NCBI RefSeq assembly: GCF_009914755.1
Contig: NC_060929.1
Direction: 5' to 3' (one strand)
DNA from: the human T2T-CHM13v2.0 reference genome, Homo sapiens
DNA: 64,000 nucleotides
Positions 1 to 14,036 of this stretch are shown piece after piece. The position numbers and the translations under genes are program-made. Within the stretch, counting starts at the first letter, position 1; each line of letters begins with the position of its first letter. Below the pieces are notes generated by a model. The model was not told the DNA's origin. It saw nothing but the letters and a program-made list of their open reading frames with translations, and searched no databases.

Positions 1-214
1 GTAATTTTTGTCATCCTTACAGGTGGGTACTTTTTATGTGTCTAGGATTTGAAGTTGAACTGTGTGTGGTCTGTCAGAGACTATTTCTTTAGCCCCTTTA
101 GTTTCAAATAAAGGGGAAAGCAGAGGTTTGCATTTTTCCAGTGGTTACATTTTGTCCATTTCAGAGTGAGGGACAGAGTACTTATGTGTCTGGAAACTTC
201 ATCATTGCAGCAAA

Positions 215-850
215 AAATTCATCTACTCAACAAATATGAAGGCCACCTCTGAGTCAGATATGGCTGGGCACTGGAGATATAATGATGAATATGACAGTCT
301 CGATTCCTGCTCTTACACGGTTTACAAACTCTTAAAGAATTCATATATCAAATAATTACACAAAAGTCTACCTAATTACCAGTAGTGGTAAAGGTTATAA
401 AAACTTGCTGGGCTCCTGGCGAATTGGAGGGATGACAAGAAAGCATCATTCACAGTGCAGTGGGCACAGGGAGAAAAGTTGAGGGAGGTGGGAGTGGCCA
501 GATGGGGCGGGGCCCTGCAAGCCGCATTAAGGATACTGAGCATAATCCAAAAGCAATGGAAAGCCATTGACAAATAGGAAGTGATTAAATGGAATATTTA
601 AATTTTTTAAAGGCCCACTCTAGGTTTAATTATTAGGACAGGTTGTGAGGGCCAAGTGGATATGGGGAGATCACTGTAGAATGCTCTTGAGGCCATTCAT
701 ACAAGAAGGACATGACTGTGGCTTGGACCATGCTGTTGTAATGGATATGGAATGAAGGGGACATATTAATATTTCAGAAATATTTAGGTTGGTCAGTATT
801 ATGAGGAGAAATGGATGACTGATTCACTGTGGGAATGAGAAAGAAGGATT
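215..850 (-). mobile_element. L2 LINE fragment (3' end), degraded
   Basis: 'ctcaacaaatat...ggctgggcactggagatataatgatgaatatgacagtctcgattcctgctcttac' resembles the reverse L2 3' end; L2-like purine-rich sequence follows; boundaries approximate. Confidence 0.55.
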
Positions 851-1077
851 TCACTTCTTTATATGTTGCAATAGCCTAGAGTTATCTGGCTGCCCCTTCT
901 GTATCTGCTACATTGCTCACTGAGCACACAATCTACTCCAGGTGAGACTAAGAATGGACCCCTCTCTTCATGCTGGCATTTTAGTTAGGGAAGGTAATGG
1001 ATGGTAGACGTTAAGTGTGCCTATGAATCATCCCACTGCCTATTTCTGCTCCCAGGATTTATGAGATAATATGGGAT

Positions 1078-1320
1078 TGAGAGTGCAGATTCTAGAGTCA
1101 AACTGGATTTGGGCTTTGGTCCTGCCACTTACTGTCAGAGTATTTTGGGGTGAATTGCTTAGTCATTCTTGCGCCAATTTTCCCATCTGTAAAATGGGGA
1201 TAATTCTAGTATCTACTTTATTTGGATGTTTTGGGGCTTAAGTGAGTTCCTATTTATAGAGCACTTTGAACAGCGCCTAGCACATTATAAGTGCTCCAAT
1301 ATTAGTTACATTTATTATTA
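1078..1320 (+). mobile_element. MIR SINE
   Basis: core 'ctgccacttactg...ttttcccatctgtaaaatggggataat' and tail 'cagcgcctagcacattataagtgctc'. Confidence 0.8.
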
Positions 1321-1712
1321 CTCTCTTTTGTTTTTTTTTTTTGGTGGTGGCTGAGGATCTTGTCTACTCACTGTCTTGACAGTCAATTCCATTATTACAG
1401 TGAATCTTTTCTCTGGTACAGTTCTACCTACACCATAGGTTGCATAAATTTTAAAAAAATTCTAATTTATGAGCAGTACCCAATGCTTTTCCTCTTAAAA
1501 AATTTCTTTGCTCACTTAGTTGGGAAATTGGGCTATTATTGCTCCCTTAAACAGAAATTCTCTATTAACTCTTAATGGTTACCAGTTCTGCCTTTCTGGC
1601 ATATTCATGTATTAGATGGTAGAGGATTGATGTGGAATATTTAAGAAACTGGCCTGTGGGAATTAGCAGAAGGCATAACTATGTGATATAATGAAAAGTT
1701 ATAAAAGGAAAA

Positions 1713-2417
1713 TGTTACCAGTCAGGGTTCAACCAGAGAAACAGAGCCAGTAGGAGATATATATTAAGAGATTTATAGCTGGGCGTCGTGGCTCACTCCT
1801 GTAATCCCAGCACTTTGGGAGGCTGAGGCGTGTGGATCACTGGAGGTCAGGCGTTCAAGACCAGCCTGACCAACATGGTGAAACCTCGTTTCTACTAAAT
1901 ACAAAAAATTAGCCAGACGTGGTGGTGCGTGCCTGTAATCTCTGCTACTTGGGAGGCTGAGGCAGGAGAATCACTTGAACCCAGGAGTCAGAGGTTACCG
2001 TGAGCTGATGTCACGTCATTACACTCCAGCCTGGGCAACAAGAGCAAAACTCTGTCTTGAAAAAAAAAGTTATTTATCATAATAAATTGGTTTGTGTGAT
2101 TGTGAGGGTGGCAAGACAAGTCTAATGTCCACAGGGCAAGCTGTCGGAAGGTCACTGAAGCTGAAACTCTTGGGCCAAGCTGATGCTGTGGTCTATAGGC
2201 AGAATATCTTCTTCAGGGAAGCATCAGTTCTGCTAAGGCCTATCAGCTGACTGAATCAAGATCATGTAGGTTATCTAAAATAATCTCCATCCTTAAAGTG
2301 AACTCATTTTTACTTTAATTGCATCAACAAAATATCTTCAGCAACACCTAGACTAGTGTTTGATAGAGTAACTGGGGACTGTAACCTAGTCAAGTTGACA
2401 CAAAACTGACTATCACA
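1713..2417 (-). mobile_element. MLT2-family (ERVL) solo LTR, interrupted by Alu
   Basis: ends 'tgttaccagtcagggttcaaccagagaaacaga' and 'caagttgacacaaaactgactatcaca'; 5-bp TSD gaaaa/gaaag. Confidence 0.8.
1777..2068 (+). mobile_element. Alu (AluSq/Sp-like)
   Basis: full dimer, 'ggcaacaagagc' diagnostic, A tail; inserted inside MLT2. Confidence 0.95.
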
Positions 2418-2565
2418 GAAAGCAATTCTCAAAGCTCTTAGAAATAAGTTTTGTTTGTTTTAGGAGGGTTATATGATATAGAAATACAATTTTTGAGAAA
2501 GTAATTTCGTGTGGGTAGAAATTTTTTTATGAATACTTCACTTTTATTATTTGATTTTTTAAAAA

Positions 2566-2825
2566 AAATTTATTTAATGAGACGGAGTCTCGCTCTGTCG
2601 CCCAGGCTGGAGGGCAGTGGCACGATCTCGGCTCACTGCAAGGTCGCCTCCCAGGTTCATGCCATTCTCCTGCCTCAGCCTCCTGAGTAGCTGGGACTAC
2701 AGGCACCCGCCACCACACCTGGCTAATTTTTTTGTATTTTTAGTAGAGATGGGGTTTCACCTTGTTAGCCAGGATGGTCTCGATCTCCTGACCTCATGAT
2801 CTGCCCACCTCGGCCTCCCAAAGTG
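2566..2825 (-). mobile_element. AluY-like, 5'-truncated by about 35 bp
   Basis: 'gttagccaggatggtctcgatc', 'ttcatgccattctcc'; TSD tattatttga(t/a)tttt starting at 2545 and 2826. Confidence 0.93.
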
Positions 2826-3854
2826 TATTATTTGAATTTTAAAAATAACTGGTGAGTTTTACTATGTGAAATGTATTTATTCTATATTAATTCACTATCC
2901 TTCTTTCTCCCAGCGTCCCCTCTCCCAAAACAATTTACTTTATTCTGAATCAGGTGACAGAGGCATCCATTAATTTTTGGTTGTGCAAGCTTCTAACTAG
3001 CTGTGTTTTCCCACACATTTTTAAAAAATCATATTCCCACCCACCTCTGTTCTTTTGTTAACTTCTCTTCTTTATGATAACAGCAGCTACAATGTCTTCC
3101 TGTTTTTTGCAACTTTAGTTTCCCGGATAGGCTTCTACGTAGTTGCCATCCAACCGCATCCATTGCTGCTTTGTATAAAGAGCTGGAATTTTCATCCTTC
3201 AGGTTTTCTCAGGCCAGCAGCAGAGCCAGCCAAGTAAATAATCCTTTCATGCCATGTGGGTGGACTTTGTTGACCCTACAAGAATAAGACTGGGCATATT
3301 CTGAGCTGAGACTATCTTGTCTGTGTTGCTTCAGTTGTCCAATTTTAATTTAGAATGTTCACTTTTAGTTCGCTTGATCTCCAGTGAGTTGAAATCAGTT
3401 GGGGTGAAATCAAAAGAATGCAAAAAATCCTGGGGAATCAGCAGCTTTCTGATGCCAGTCTGAGCAGCATGCTCTGTGGAAAAGAGGAACTCCAAGAATC
3501 CAGGAAAAAGAAGGCTAAAACAAGTGTCAGTCAATTGAAAGACAATGGTGTAAGAGAAAGAGAAATCCTAGGGAAATGGCAAACACCATCAAAGCTAAAC
3601 GAATGGGGAACAGACTATAAAACAGATGATGCAATGTCTGGAAAATATGGCAAAAGGACTTTGAGAAAGGACCGTTTATTTTCTTCAACTGTCATATTTT
3701 GAGTTAATTAGCATTACATGTGGTCAAAAGCTCCTAGTATTATTTCTTCAGAAGTAGTTTTTCTTTTTTAACTTGCTATTAATTTATTTACCCTCCATTC
3801 ACTCAAATAAGTATTTTTCTATTGGTTTATTTTATTTTTAGACATAGTTTAAAC

Positions 3855-4508
<654 letters not shown>

Positions 4509-5799
4509 TTAGTCCATAACTTCTTGTAGGTCTGCTTCTTTCACAATGTCATCTATACTCACTTCAAATACATGAATCTATAATTTTTATCCTTGTCTGA
4601 TAAGATAAAGTATAAAAAGTTTTCCTAGCATTTCTGGTCCTTTACATCTTTGTGATGTCTTCAAAATAAATTCAATTTCTCTGCTCATCTGAAGCACACA
4701 TAAAATTCTTATTTTTAGGGATTTGATATATGGCAAATGTCCCTTGGGTTCATTTCAGCTGAATTTATAATCAGGCTCCCTAATACACTCTTGCTAGGAA
4801 GCAACTCTCAACCTTTTGAAGTGATTCACAACTAATTTTCCTTGAAGAGATCCTCTTATAGAACCTATGTATATTTGATAATTCTTGGTCATCCTACTCT
4901 GTAATTTTGATGAAACATAAAATGGACTAACCAATAGTATCTACTTCCCTTCAATGTTCCCTTCCCTTCTTCCATATAACTGCATTTATTAAGCCTGATT
5001 TTGCCTCTTTTTCCATTATCCTATTTGTAACTGACATGAGATACACTCTCCATGTGCCATACAGACTCTTTTCTACGTTCTAGAATGAGATGAGGATGAA
5101 GTAGGAGGATTCATTTGTTAGTTAAAAGTTGATGGCTTTGTTTCTTCTGTGGAATAGGAGGTGAGGTCATCTGTTGAGATTGGGGAAGTGGGTGAATTGG
5201 ATGCATGGAGAAGTCTCGTCATAGTGGTAGTCAAAATATTGAAATACTACTAAGCCATACTATGAGTTCCCATATACCCTTATTTCTGTGCCCCCTCCCC
5301 TTGCCCAGGACCCCTGTAGCCTCCTATGATCCAGCATCTAGAGTCTAGCACTGTTGAACAGCAAAGGTACATGGAGTTCCTGTTCTGATCAATGGGTACC
5401 CGTACCTTTCTTGGAGCTAAGTGTTTTGAAGGTTATTGTGATCAGAGATTTTATGAGACATGAAAATGTTTCACATTGTTGTTGTATAGAACAGGACAGT
5501 GAAATCAGCACAGAAATGCCCTAGGATCCCTGAAGGCTGTATGGAGGGTTCAATTGGTGGTAGTCATTATGAATTTATGGTCTTCATTATTATGAGATTT
5601 CTTCAGGTATAGACAAGGGGAAAGTTGATATTTGGGCCTGTGAGGGGCTGGGGTTTTTCCAGAAGAGTTCAATAAAAAGACAAATAAGCAGAGAATAATT
5701 ATCTACTTCTCAGGAAAATCTGTGAAATAGGAATGAAATGGGCAAGAAGATTTCCCCTGGGGTGTCTTTTCAATGGAAAAGTAGAAGATATCTAGAGTA

Positions 5800-6637
5800 C
5801 AGTAAGTTCTCACACAACATTTTCAAAGAGGTTCTTGCAAACTGTGAATTTGAGTGAAATGATGTATCATGAAACCAATTTTACCACAGGCTAATCGATA
5901 TAAATAAGAGTAAAGCTCCTATGGCATATTTCTGGTCATGAAAACATCGCCAAACTTCTAAATAAAGACCCCAAACATTTCTAATATTAAACATTAAAAT
6001 AAATGTGAGCTGTACATACATTGAAAAAATATTAATAAAAACAAGTAAACTAATGATTTACCCAATTTGTAGTGAATCAGTAAGTGATGGCAGACATAGC
6101 AGTGGTGGGTTAAATAAAAATGTTTGCCAAATGAAAACTGTCCTGCCACTACACAGTTCAAACACAATCACAAATTTGACAGGCTTGCTGAACACTTTTA
6201 GACCACATCATATATTGTTGTGCACTTATATAATTGTCTTCTATCTTATGAATTTTTGTTTGACAGTAATTTGTATTCATTCATCTTCCAATGTTGCTTA
6301 TTCCAGTTTAAGGTCATGGGTGGCCAGAGCCTCTCCTGGCAACTCAGGCGCAAGGCAGGAACTAGCCCTGGACAGGACGCCATCCCATTGCAGGGCCACT
6401 CACACGCACACCCACACTCACTCAGACTAGGGCCATTTAGACATGCCAATGTACCTGACATGCACATCTTTAGGATGTGGAAAGAAACTGGGGTAACCAG
6501 AGAAAAGCCACGCAGACATGGATTGAATATGCAAACTCTATGCAGACAGTGGCCCCAGCCAGGAATTAATTTTTTTTCTCATTAACGTTATTAAAAAAAC
6601 AACGTTGAATGAAACAACATTATTTGAGGACCTGCTG
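5800..6637 (-). mobile_element. MER6 (TcMar-Tigger non-autonomous DNA transposon), near full length
   Basis: termini cagtaagttctcac... / ...tttgaggacctgctg, TA on both sides (5798-99, 6638-39), internal V-SINE-like segment at about 6467-6545. Confidence 0.88.
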
Positions 6638-7199
6638 TATTCTTCCTGGGATCATCTCAATCCATGACGTCTGCATCTTTCATGGTCTTTGAGCTACTTT
6701 ATAACATTGTGAGGTGTAGAAAATGGACAGTAATGCAAATGATTCTTGTTCATAAAGATGTAAATAAATTTTGTCCAGTGGAGATGTAATTGATACTTGT
6801 CATGTGGATATTGATCAGTTTTGGATCTATTAGTAAATTTATTTTAGCATTCTTGATTGCCTATATATATGTCTGTTCTTTAGATTCTCCTTTGAACTGA
6901 TGTTATATATCTTATTGGATTCCTATTGCTTAATGAGTTAAATAAAATCTTTGACCTATGTTCAAAGTATGTTTGTATGATAGTCAGGACTTCACTGTGA
7001 AAATATCCTTTCAGCATTACATTACTCATGACGTTGCACTGGATCTTTCATTTTCCTTCATTTATCAGTAAACTAAAGGTAAGGAGGGTTTATAGAATGG
7101 GCACATATCAAGAAGTGAAAAAAAAAGAACAAATTGTTGGTTTTGTGCAATGTTTCCACTAGTCTAGTGCGGGTGAAATACATATGTCTGTATGATTAT

Positions 7200-7555
7200 G
7201 TACGATGATTCTACATACTAGTTAAATGCTCCTGTACTTGCATTTAAAACTGGCATTCTCAAATATAAAGATGAGTGGTAAAAGTCATGCTGAAAATGTA
7301 AAATTTTAAGTTTTACTTACTTAGAATGACATTAAGTAGCAAATAAAAACCACCATAACGAGTTGAGAATGAGGGAGACTGTAGAAAAAGAAAAAACTTT
7401 TTATTTTAGTACCCTAAATAGAAAACTTTATAGTTTAGTATCCTTTAAAGGTACTTAATAGTACCCTTAAAAGTCCACCTTTTCTCTTGCTTTTTTGAGC
7501 AAAAGGCTCTGCATTTTCATTTTGCACTGAGTCCCACAAATTATGTAACTACCTC
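7200..7555 (+). mobile_element. MER45-family (hAT-Tip100) fragment
   Basis: 3' end 'gcattttcattttgcactgagtcccacaaattatgta' matches the MER45 terminus; 5' boundary uncertain. Confidence 0.65.
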
Positions 7556-7660
7556 AATTGGATGGGTCAATTCCTTCATTTAACAGATATTTCTAAGAGA
7601 TGCTGTCATGTTGAAGGGTCTGACTTTTGTTCAAAATATTTTATAACAAAGAGTTCAAGC

Positions 7661-7882
<222 letters not shown>

Positions 7883-8165
7883 GAGACACAGTTTCGCTTT
7901 TGTCACTTAGGCTGGAGTGCAATGGCATGACCTTGGCTCACTGCAACCTCTACCTCCCGGCCTCGAGTGATTCTCCTGCCTGAGCTTCCTGAGTAGCTGG
8001 GAGTACAGGCATGTGCCACCATGCCCAACTAATTTTTGTATTTTTAGTAGAGACGAGGTTTCACCATGTTGGCCAGGCTGGTCTCGAACTCCTGACCTCA
8101 GGTGATCTGCCCACCTCAGCCTCTCAAAATGCTGGGATTACAGGCGTGAGCCACCATGCCTGGCC
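7883..8165 (-). mobile_element. AluSq-like
   Basis: full reverse Alu, 'gtttcgcttttgt', 'caatggc' diagnostics. Confidence 0.94.
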
Positions 8166-9094
8166 AAGCCTCTGTTTCTGAATTCCACTGGCTAGGCTGG
8201 CATTGTCTACCAAGAGATTCATTCATTCCTTCATTTGCTCATTCAACAAATATTTAGAGAACACTTATCACATGCTGGGTCTTGAGTTTGGTTTAACATC
8301 TTTTGGACACTCATGTCCAGACCTCTGAACCCCGCTCACCATGCTGACATCGTCTTAGCATCCATCACTTGCTATTATCACTTAATTTGTTCCATATTGC
8401 CATGTGGGGAATAATAACCATGTGTTGTTTCTCTTAAGTTTTTAGAACTAAACACTTGCATCCTACAGACAATAAGAAGTAGGCCTGACACCTGACACCC
8501 AAACATGGGCCTCCCTATTCCTGGCTTAGTGTACTCTTCAGGCCTCCTCCCAGCTTCCACCCCTTTCCCACCCTGAGTGGGACATCTCAAATATTTATCA
8601 ATTTTACTTGTCTTCTAGGGAAGATAGAATGGAGCTCTAGTGATAAGGAAAAGTGTATGTTAATGAAATAAGTAAAAGAAGTCTGTAAGTTACCAAGAAC
8701 ATGGTGAGAAGTGTGCTGAAGTAAGAACAGCTGAGCAGAGGGTTTTGTGTACTTTCTAAACAATTGCTCCCTTGCTGTTGTCCTTAGAGACATATTTGCT
8801 TCTCTTTGCAGTCTTGCTTGATCCATTTATTTTCATTTGAATGTTTATTTCTGTTTTTCTTTCTTCATTTTCTCTGTAGCCTTCAGTCATTCCTGACAAG
8901 GTGATTTTACCCTCATGTTCTCTTGGCTCTTATTTCATTTTCTTTCAAGAGAATGAAACATTCTACTTTATCTGGAAGAAGGAAAGTGTAGGACTTCACA
9001 AAACTTTCCATCTTGCAGATTGAAGAAAATATTTTTTGCTGCTATATTAGGAAAAATGGAAAGACCATAGAATGAAGAGAGATCATTTATATAG

Positions 9095-9287
9095 TTTTTC
9101 TTTTTTTAAATTATTATTATTATTATACTTTGAGTTTTAGGGTACATGTGCACAACGTGCAGGTTTGTTACATATGTATACATGTGCCATGTTGGTGTGC
9201 TGCACCCATTAACTCGTCATTTAGCATTAGGTATATCTCCTAATGCTATCCCTCCCCGCTCCTCCCACCCCACAACAGTCCCCGGTG
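9095..9287 (-). mobile_element. L1PA3/PA4-like 3' end (about 190 bp), no TSD found
   Basis: 'gggtacatgtgcacaacgtgcagg...ttagcattaggtatatctcctaatgctatccctcccc...acagtccccggtg'. Confidence 0.95.
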
Positions 9288-9852
9288 GAAGATAAAAGAC
9301 GTCCTAATTAGAACCATTGTCACCAAAAGCATGTCTGAATACATTATCTTCAAATTAAAATACCACAGATTTTAAAACAGATGTCCCTAAGCCAACTTGT
9401 AGTAATAACATTTATCAGGTTTGTTCAAGGAAAATAAAGCTGAAATTTTTCTAGACGTTTTTAATGGAAACATTGAAAATAAGTAACACTTGAGAACTGT
9501 GTTATCTTACAAATAGAGAAATAGACTACTTTGGTGATAATGTCAGCTTCATTTAAAGACAGGTTCAAATTTAAACTCAGGATAAGGAATTTATTTAATA
9601 ACAAGACTATCTAGTTTAAGGATTTCGTGGAAACCATGTTTTCAGACAAACTGTGTCTTATATTGTAAGACTTACAGGAGATCATTAGTGAGTGTAAGTT
9701 TAAAGAGAAAAGGTAATGGCCACTCTCAGTCTTGTATAAGGCCCCATGGACTGATTTTTCAGTATGTGCTCCATGGAGATATTGGGGCCTTGTGCATGGC
9801 ACTGATAAGGCTTCAGCAGAGGAAGCCAGTAAATCATGAGTTTTTTGTTCTT

Positions 9853-9900
9853 CTCCTTTTCTTGAAAGTTTCCCTCCTTTTCTTGAAAGTTTCCCTCCTT
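9853..9900. repeat. perfect 21-bp tandem duplication (ctccttttcttgaaagtttcc x2.3)
   Basis: direct reading. Confidence 0.95.
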
Positions 9901-10214
9901 CCTTATGCTCTCACTGCAATTTCTGGTGGTTAGGGAAATGCCCAGAGAAAGATTCACAGCCATGGATCCTGAATTAGATAGATTAGCTTTGCCTACTTTT
10001 AATTAAATGCAACAGTTTCCTCAATATAACTAGTTTCCAAGAACTCCAACCCTGCTGGTCTGAACAATTCCTGTTGTCATTGAGTTAGGAATTTCCCTTC
10101 TCTATCCACTCATTTAATTGAAAACTGAAAAAAAATTATTTACTTATATATGCTCTTCCCTTGATGACAAATTTTAGAAATATGTAAAGTCTGATTCACA
10201 TATTTAAATGGAAA

Positions 10215-10530
10215 AAGTGTGGTAGAAATATGGATACTAAGATATGAGAGACATTGGGAAGGAAGAGCAATGTGAGTTGGTGATTGCCCTGATGTAGGCA
10301 TGGAAGAGCCATTGAAGATAATTTCAAGTTTTAACGCCTTGGAGGGATTTTATGACAGAGTAGGTGGGAACCAGTTTAAATGATTCAAAGAAATCCAAAG
10401 GGACTACAACTGAGAAAGGATCACTAAATTTGTTCATTTAGAAGTCTTTGGTAATATTTGAGTGGCCATTTCAGTAGAATTACAGGGACAGTTATTCTAC
10501 TTCAAGGAATTATAGATGGGTGGACCTTGA
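10215..10530 (-). mobile_element. L2 fragments
   Basis: 'gaagataatttcaagtttt', 'gaagtctttggtaatatttgagtggccatttcagtagaa' resemble internal L2. Confidence 0.45.
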
Positions 10531-10780
10531 GGAAGCAGAAGCAGATTATAAATTGTACACTCAGAAAACAGCAGTGTGGCAGGAGGGGCCAGTGGAGTCA
10601 AGTTTTGTCCTGATATTGAAGACCTGAGTGTGATTGCAGAGAGTGGGGAGAAGTGGTTGACAGTGTGGGAGGAAGGGAATACCAGGGAAATAATGATCAT
10701 GAAAGAAGGATGGAAAGACAAAAGTAACCTCAAAGATGGGTAGGGAAATGCTGTTCTCTGTAATAGGAGGGAAGATGAGA

Positions 10781-10975
10781 AGTGCCTGGCATTGTGCCAA
10801 GTGCTTCACATGTGTCTTTCGTTTAGTCCTCACAACATCTATAAAACACTCATATCATTGTTGCTATTTCATAGCGTAGGAAACTGGGGTTTGGAGATTT
10901 AAATTACTTACTTGATAAATTCTGAGCCAGTATTAAACCCAGGTTTCTTTGATTCCAGAGCATGGGCTTATCACA
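10781..10975 (-). mobile_element. MIR
   Basis: 'tgtgccaagtgcttcacatg...tcctcacaac...ggaaactggggtttggaga...aaacccaggtttctttgattccagagc'. Confidence 0.75.
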
Positions 10976-12074
10976 ACAGCACTGACATAAAATTGCCTGT
11001 ATTTAACTATTTTTGACCTGTAAAATGGCCATGTTATATGGTCCAACTTAATAAAATTAGTTGAAGTGTATAAGAAATAAAGTGGAAAGACTTTTGTTTG
11101 ATGGCCTTCATATTGGTCAGGAGTCTACTGGTAAACCACATAATCCACTCTGCTACTTTATGAGGAGAAATAATGTGACAAATGGTATTGTTTGGCTTAC
11201 AGCATCTCTAGGAGGGCTCCAGAGCCAAGCCACGAAGCTCCACAGCCAGGAACAAAATTCCACCACACCACGGGGCCTGTTCTGGAATCTCAAACATAAA
11301 ATGACAGAGATCAAACTCATCATTTCTCACCCTAAAGGTGACTTTGTTAATGACATTGCTGCAATTACTATTGTTAATGTGATTTTTGTTAATGACATCA
11401 CTGCAATCACTATTAGCACAGTTGTACTGTCATGAAGGCTTGGAGTTATCATCTTATCATATTACAGTTGATTCACTGAGAGGCTGGTTAATCCATTTCA
11501 TCCCCCTATCTACCCTGTCATAGGACCCTTTCAGGCTAATACATCTGCCATTGATTTTCTTATAATTCTACCTGGGCTGTTTTTCTCCCAGTTTCTGCCT
11601 GTTTTCTAAGTTTTTTTTTTTTTTTTTTTTTCAAACATCAGTTCTTCCAGGAAGCTTTTCACCATCTCCAGAGGCAGAATCATCGGCCTCTCTGGGACCT
11701 CACACAACACTGTTCTTGATCATGGTGCAGATCTCATGGGTCCTGCCATTAAAATGTTGGTATGAATGCTTGCTCTCTCTGGCTTTTCTTCCACAGGGCA
11801 AGCCCATGCTGCCTTCCATTTGTTTTGTTGTTACCCATGTCACCCAAAACTGTGACTTATAGAAGCTGTTCAGTACTTGTATATTGCAAATTCAGCAAAC
11901 TTTTTATTAGCTCCAAGGGCTAACAAAGTGGTTAGTAACAGTAACTGGTTTAATATTTAGACAAAGAAATAAATATGGATAATGTAAAATCAGAAAATAG
12001 CAGGTTTCAGAGTTTAGGAAAAACTAATGGGAGGAAAACAGAGAGAGCAAGAAAATAAAAAGGCATTTAAAAAA

Positions 12075-12500
12075 TTTATTTAACAAACTTCTAATGAGTG
12101 CCTATGATATTCAGATAATAGTCTAGGCATTGAAATTAGACAAGGTCCCCCCTGTGATGGAGCCTCTATTCTAGTGTGGGGAGGGAGAGAGATGAGAAGC
12201 AGACAGGTATGTGAAACAGCCGGGGATGGGGAGTGCCATGAAGAAAAGGAAGGGAAAAAGCCTAGTGAATTGTGGGGGTGGGAGGTGCTACAGTGGGTGG
12301 TCAGTGAGGGTCTTTTAAGCAGAGACCTGAATGAAGTAAGGGATTTCTGGGTGAAGAACATTTTAACAGAGGACATCTAAGTGCCAAAGTGTTTGCTGAT
12401 GTGCTTGAAGCATGCTTGACATGTTGGAAGAATAGCAAGTGGACCAATGTGGCAGGAGTTTGAGTGAGAGAGAGAATGGTAGGAAATAGAGTTAAAGAAA
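12075..12500 (-). mobile_element. L2 3' fragment
   Basis: 'tttaacaaacttctaatgagtgcctat...agacaaggtccccc...gcagagacctgaatgaag...gaagaatagcaag'. Confidence 0.75.
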
Positions 12501-13040
12501 CAGTTGTATTATGAATTGGGAGAACCACAAACACCTTCCTTGCACCACTGAACATATTCAGCTGCCATGCTATTCCTGTGCAAACAAGGCTTCTGACGTT
12601 TATGGAATTTAATGATTGGGGGCAATACTTTTTCACCCATATACTGCATTTCCATAGAGTGGAAACAGCTCTACTTCCCACAAGTTAGCAGTATTGAAGT
12701 AGTACTTAAGTATGGCAGGCGGCTGTTCCAGCTCCCCAGAAGGTAAGCTAGGTTGGCCCTGCTGTGTGTGGCAGCTGCCTCCCAGTGAGGGGAAAGGACA
12801 AGGAAGCTCGTATTTGGCCTCAGTGCGTCATAGCATTGTCCAAACCAGCTTTACAGAGCTTTGTACTTTGTATAATGAAACTGTACTTTATCTGGCTTGC
12901 TCAATTCTTTACTTAGACCTTCCAAGGGAACCAGGAAGTGGTGAGAGGCTCACCAGCTGCCCTGCAAAGGCACTGTCCAGCTGGCACGTTTTCTGTGTCA
13001 GTCCTTTTTTCCCTAAATTTTTTTTTCTGTTTTCAAATTC

Positions 13041-13253
13041 CAGGGTTTCTCAACCTTGGCAGTGTTGACATTTTGGGTTAGACAATTCTTTGTTGTGGAG
13101 GGTTGCTCTGTGCATTGGGAGATGTTCAGCTTTATCCCTAATCTCTACCCACTGCATGCCAAGAGCAACCCCAGTCCCCAGACATAGCCAAAATTCCAAG
13201 ATACTTGCCGAATATCCCTGGGTGTCCAAATTGCCCGTGGTAAAGAACCACTG
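13041..13253 (-). mobile_element. MER20 (hAT-Charlie), full length
   Basis: termini cagggtttctcaacc... / ...aagaaccactg; body matches reverse MER20. Confidence 0.9.
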
Positions 13254-14036
13254 TCTTAATGAGTACAAGAATCTTGGGGAATGAAGGATTCCAAAAAGAG
13301 ATCAATAATCATATGTTTTACACAAGCAGTTACTATCTTTCCTGGGACATGAGAGGCATTTTGTAGCATACTATTGTTTCCTTCCGAAAACTATAGGCAA
13401 GCTCTTCATTTTATATTTTTAAAGTTCCTTTTTTGGATATTTCTAAAGTCAAGTCTCAGAATAATCAATATATTTGAAAAACATTTTTTCTCCTGAGTGA
13501 GAATAACAAGTCAGAAAAATAGCAAGACTTTGCTATTTCCCCTCTCTGAACAGCTAGTTTTTCCTCCAGTCAAGATGGTAAATGGCTGGTGCACAACGAT
13601 GAATTCAACTGTAGATTGTTGCTACATCTAGGTCAAATGGCTGTCTTTGGTATATATTCATCTTCCCCTGGTAGGCATTTCAAAGTGCAGAAAACTTTCC
13701 CTTTCTATCTTCTCTAGAGTTTCAGCAGCACATTCAGAATTACCACATGGATAGATTCCTTCAGCCTTTCCCAAATGGAAAGGACAAAACTGTTTGGGAA
13801 GTGGACCTTGATTTTCAAGGGTACTGTATTTGTTTTCCCCTCTTTACTCACTCCTTAAAGGGGTATAGGCATATGGGCCTAATGAACTGATTATGTAGAA
13901 TAGGGCATTCCAAGTCGAGATGTCTTAAATGGACAGTTGTGATGAGTATACCAACGTCATTTCCCAGAAACCTCATTTTTATGCCATTCCCATATTGGCT
14001 TCATCCCTACTTATTAACCTTATTTCCTAGGGATCC

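Noticed and set aside
3418-3702. 94-aa lysine-rich ATG ORF in unique DNA
   Set aside because: No recognisable homology, promoter or convincing splice context; length is within chance expectation. A BLAST or PhyloCSF check would settle it.
6005-6585. 141-aa and 121-aa ORFs as a possible transposase
   Set aside because: Inside non-autonomous MER6; no DDE or HTH motifs recognisable.
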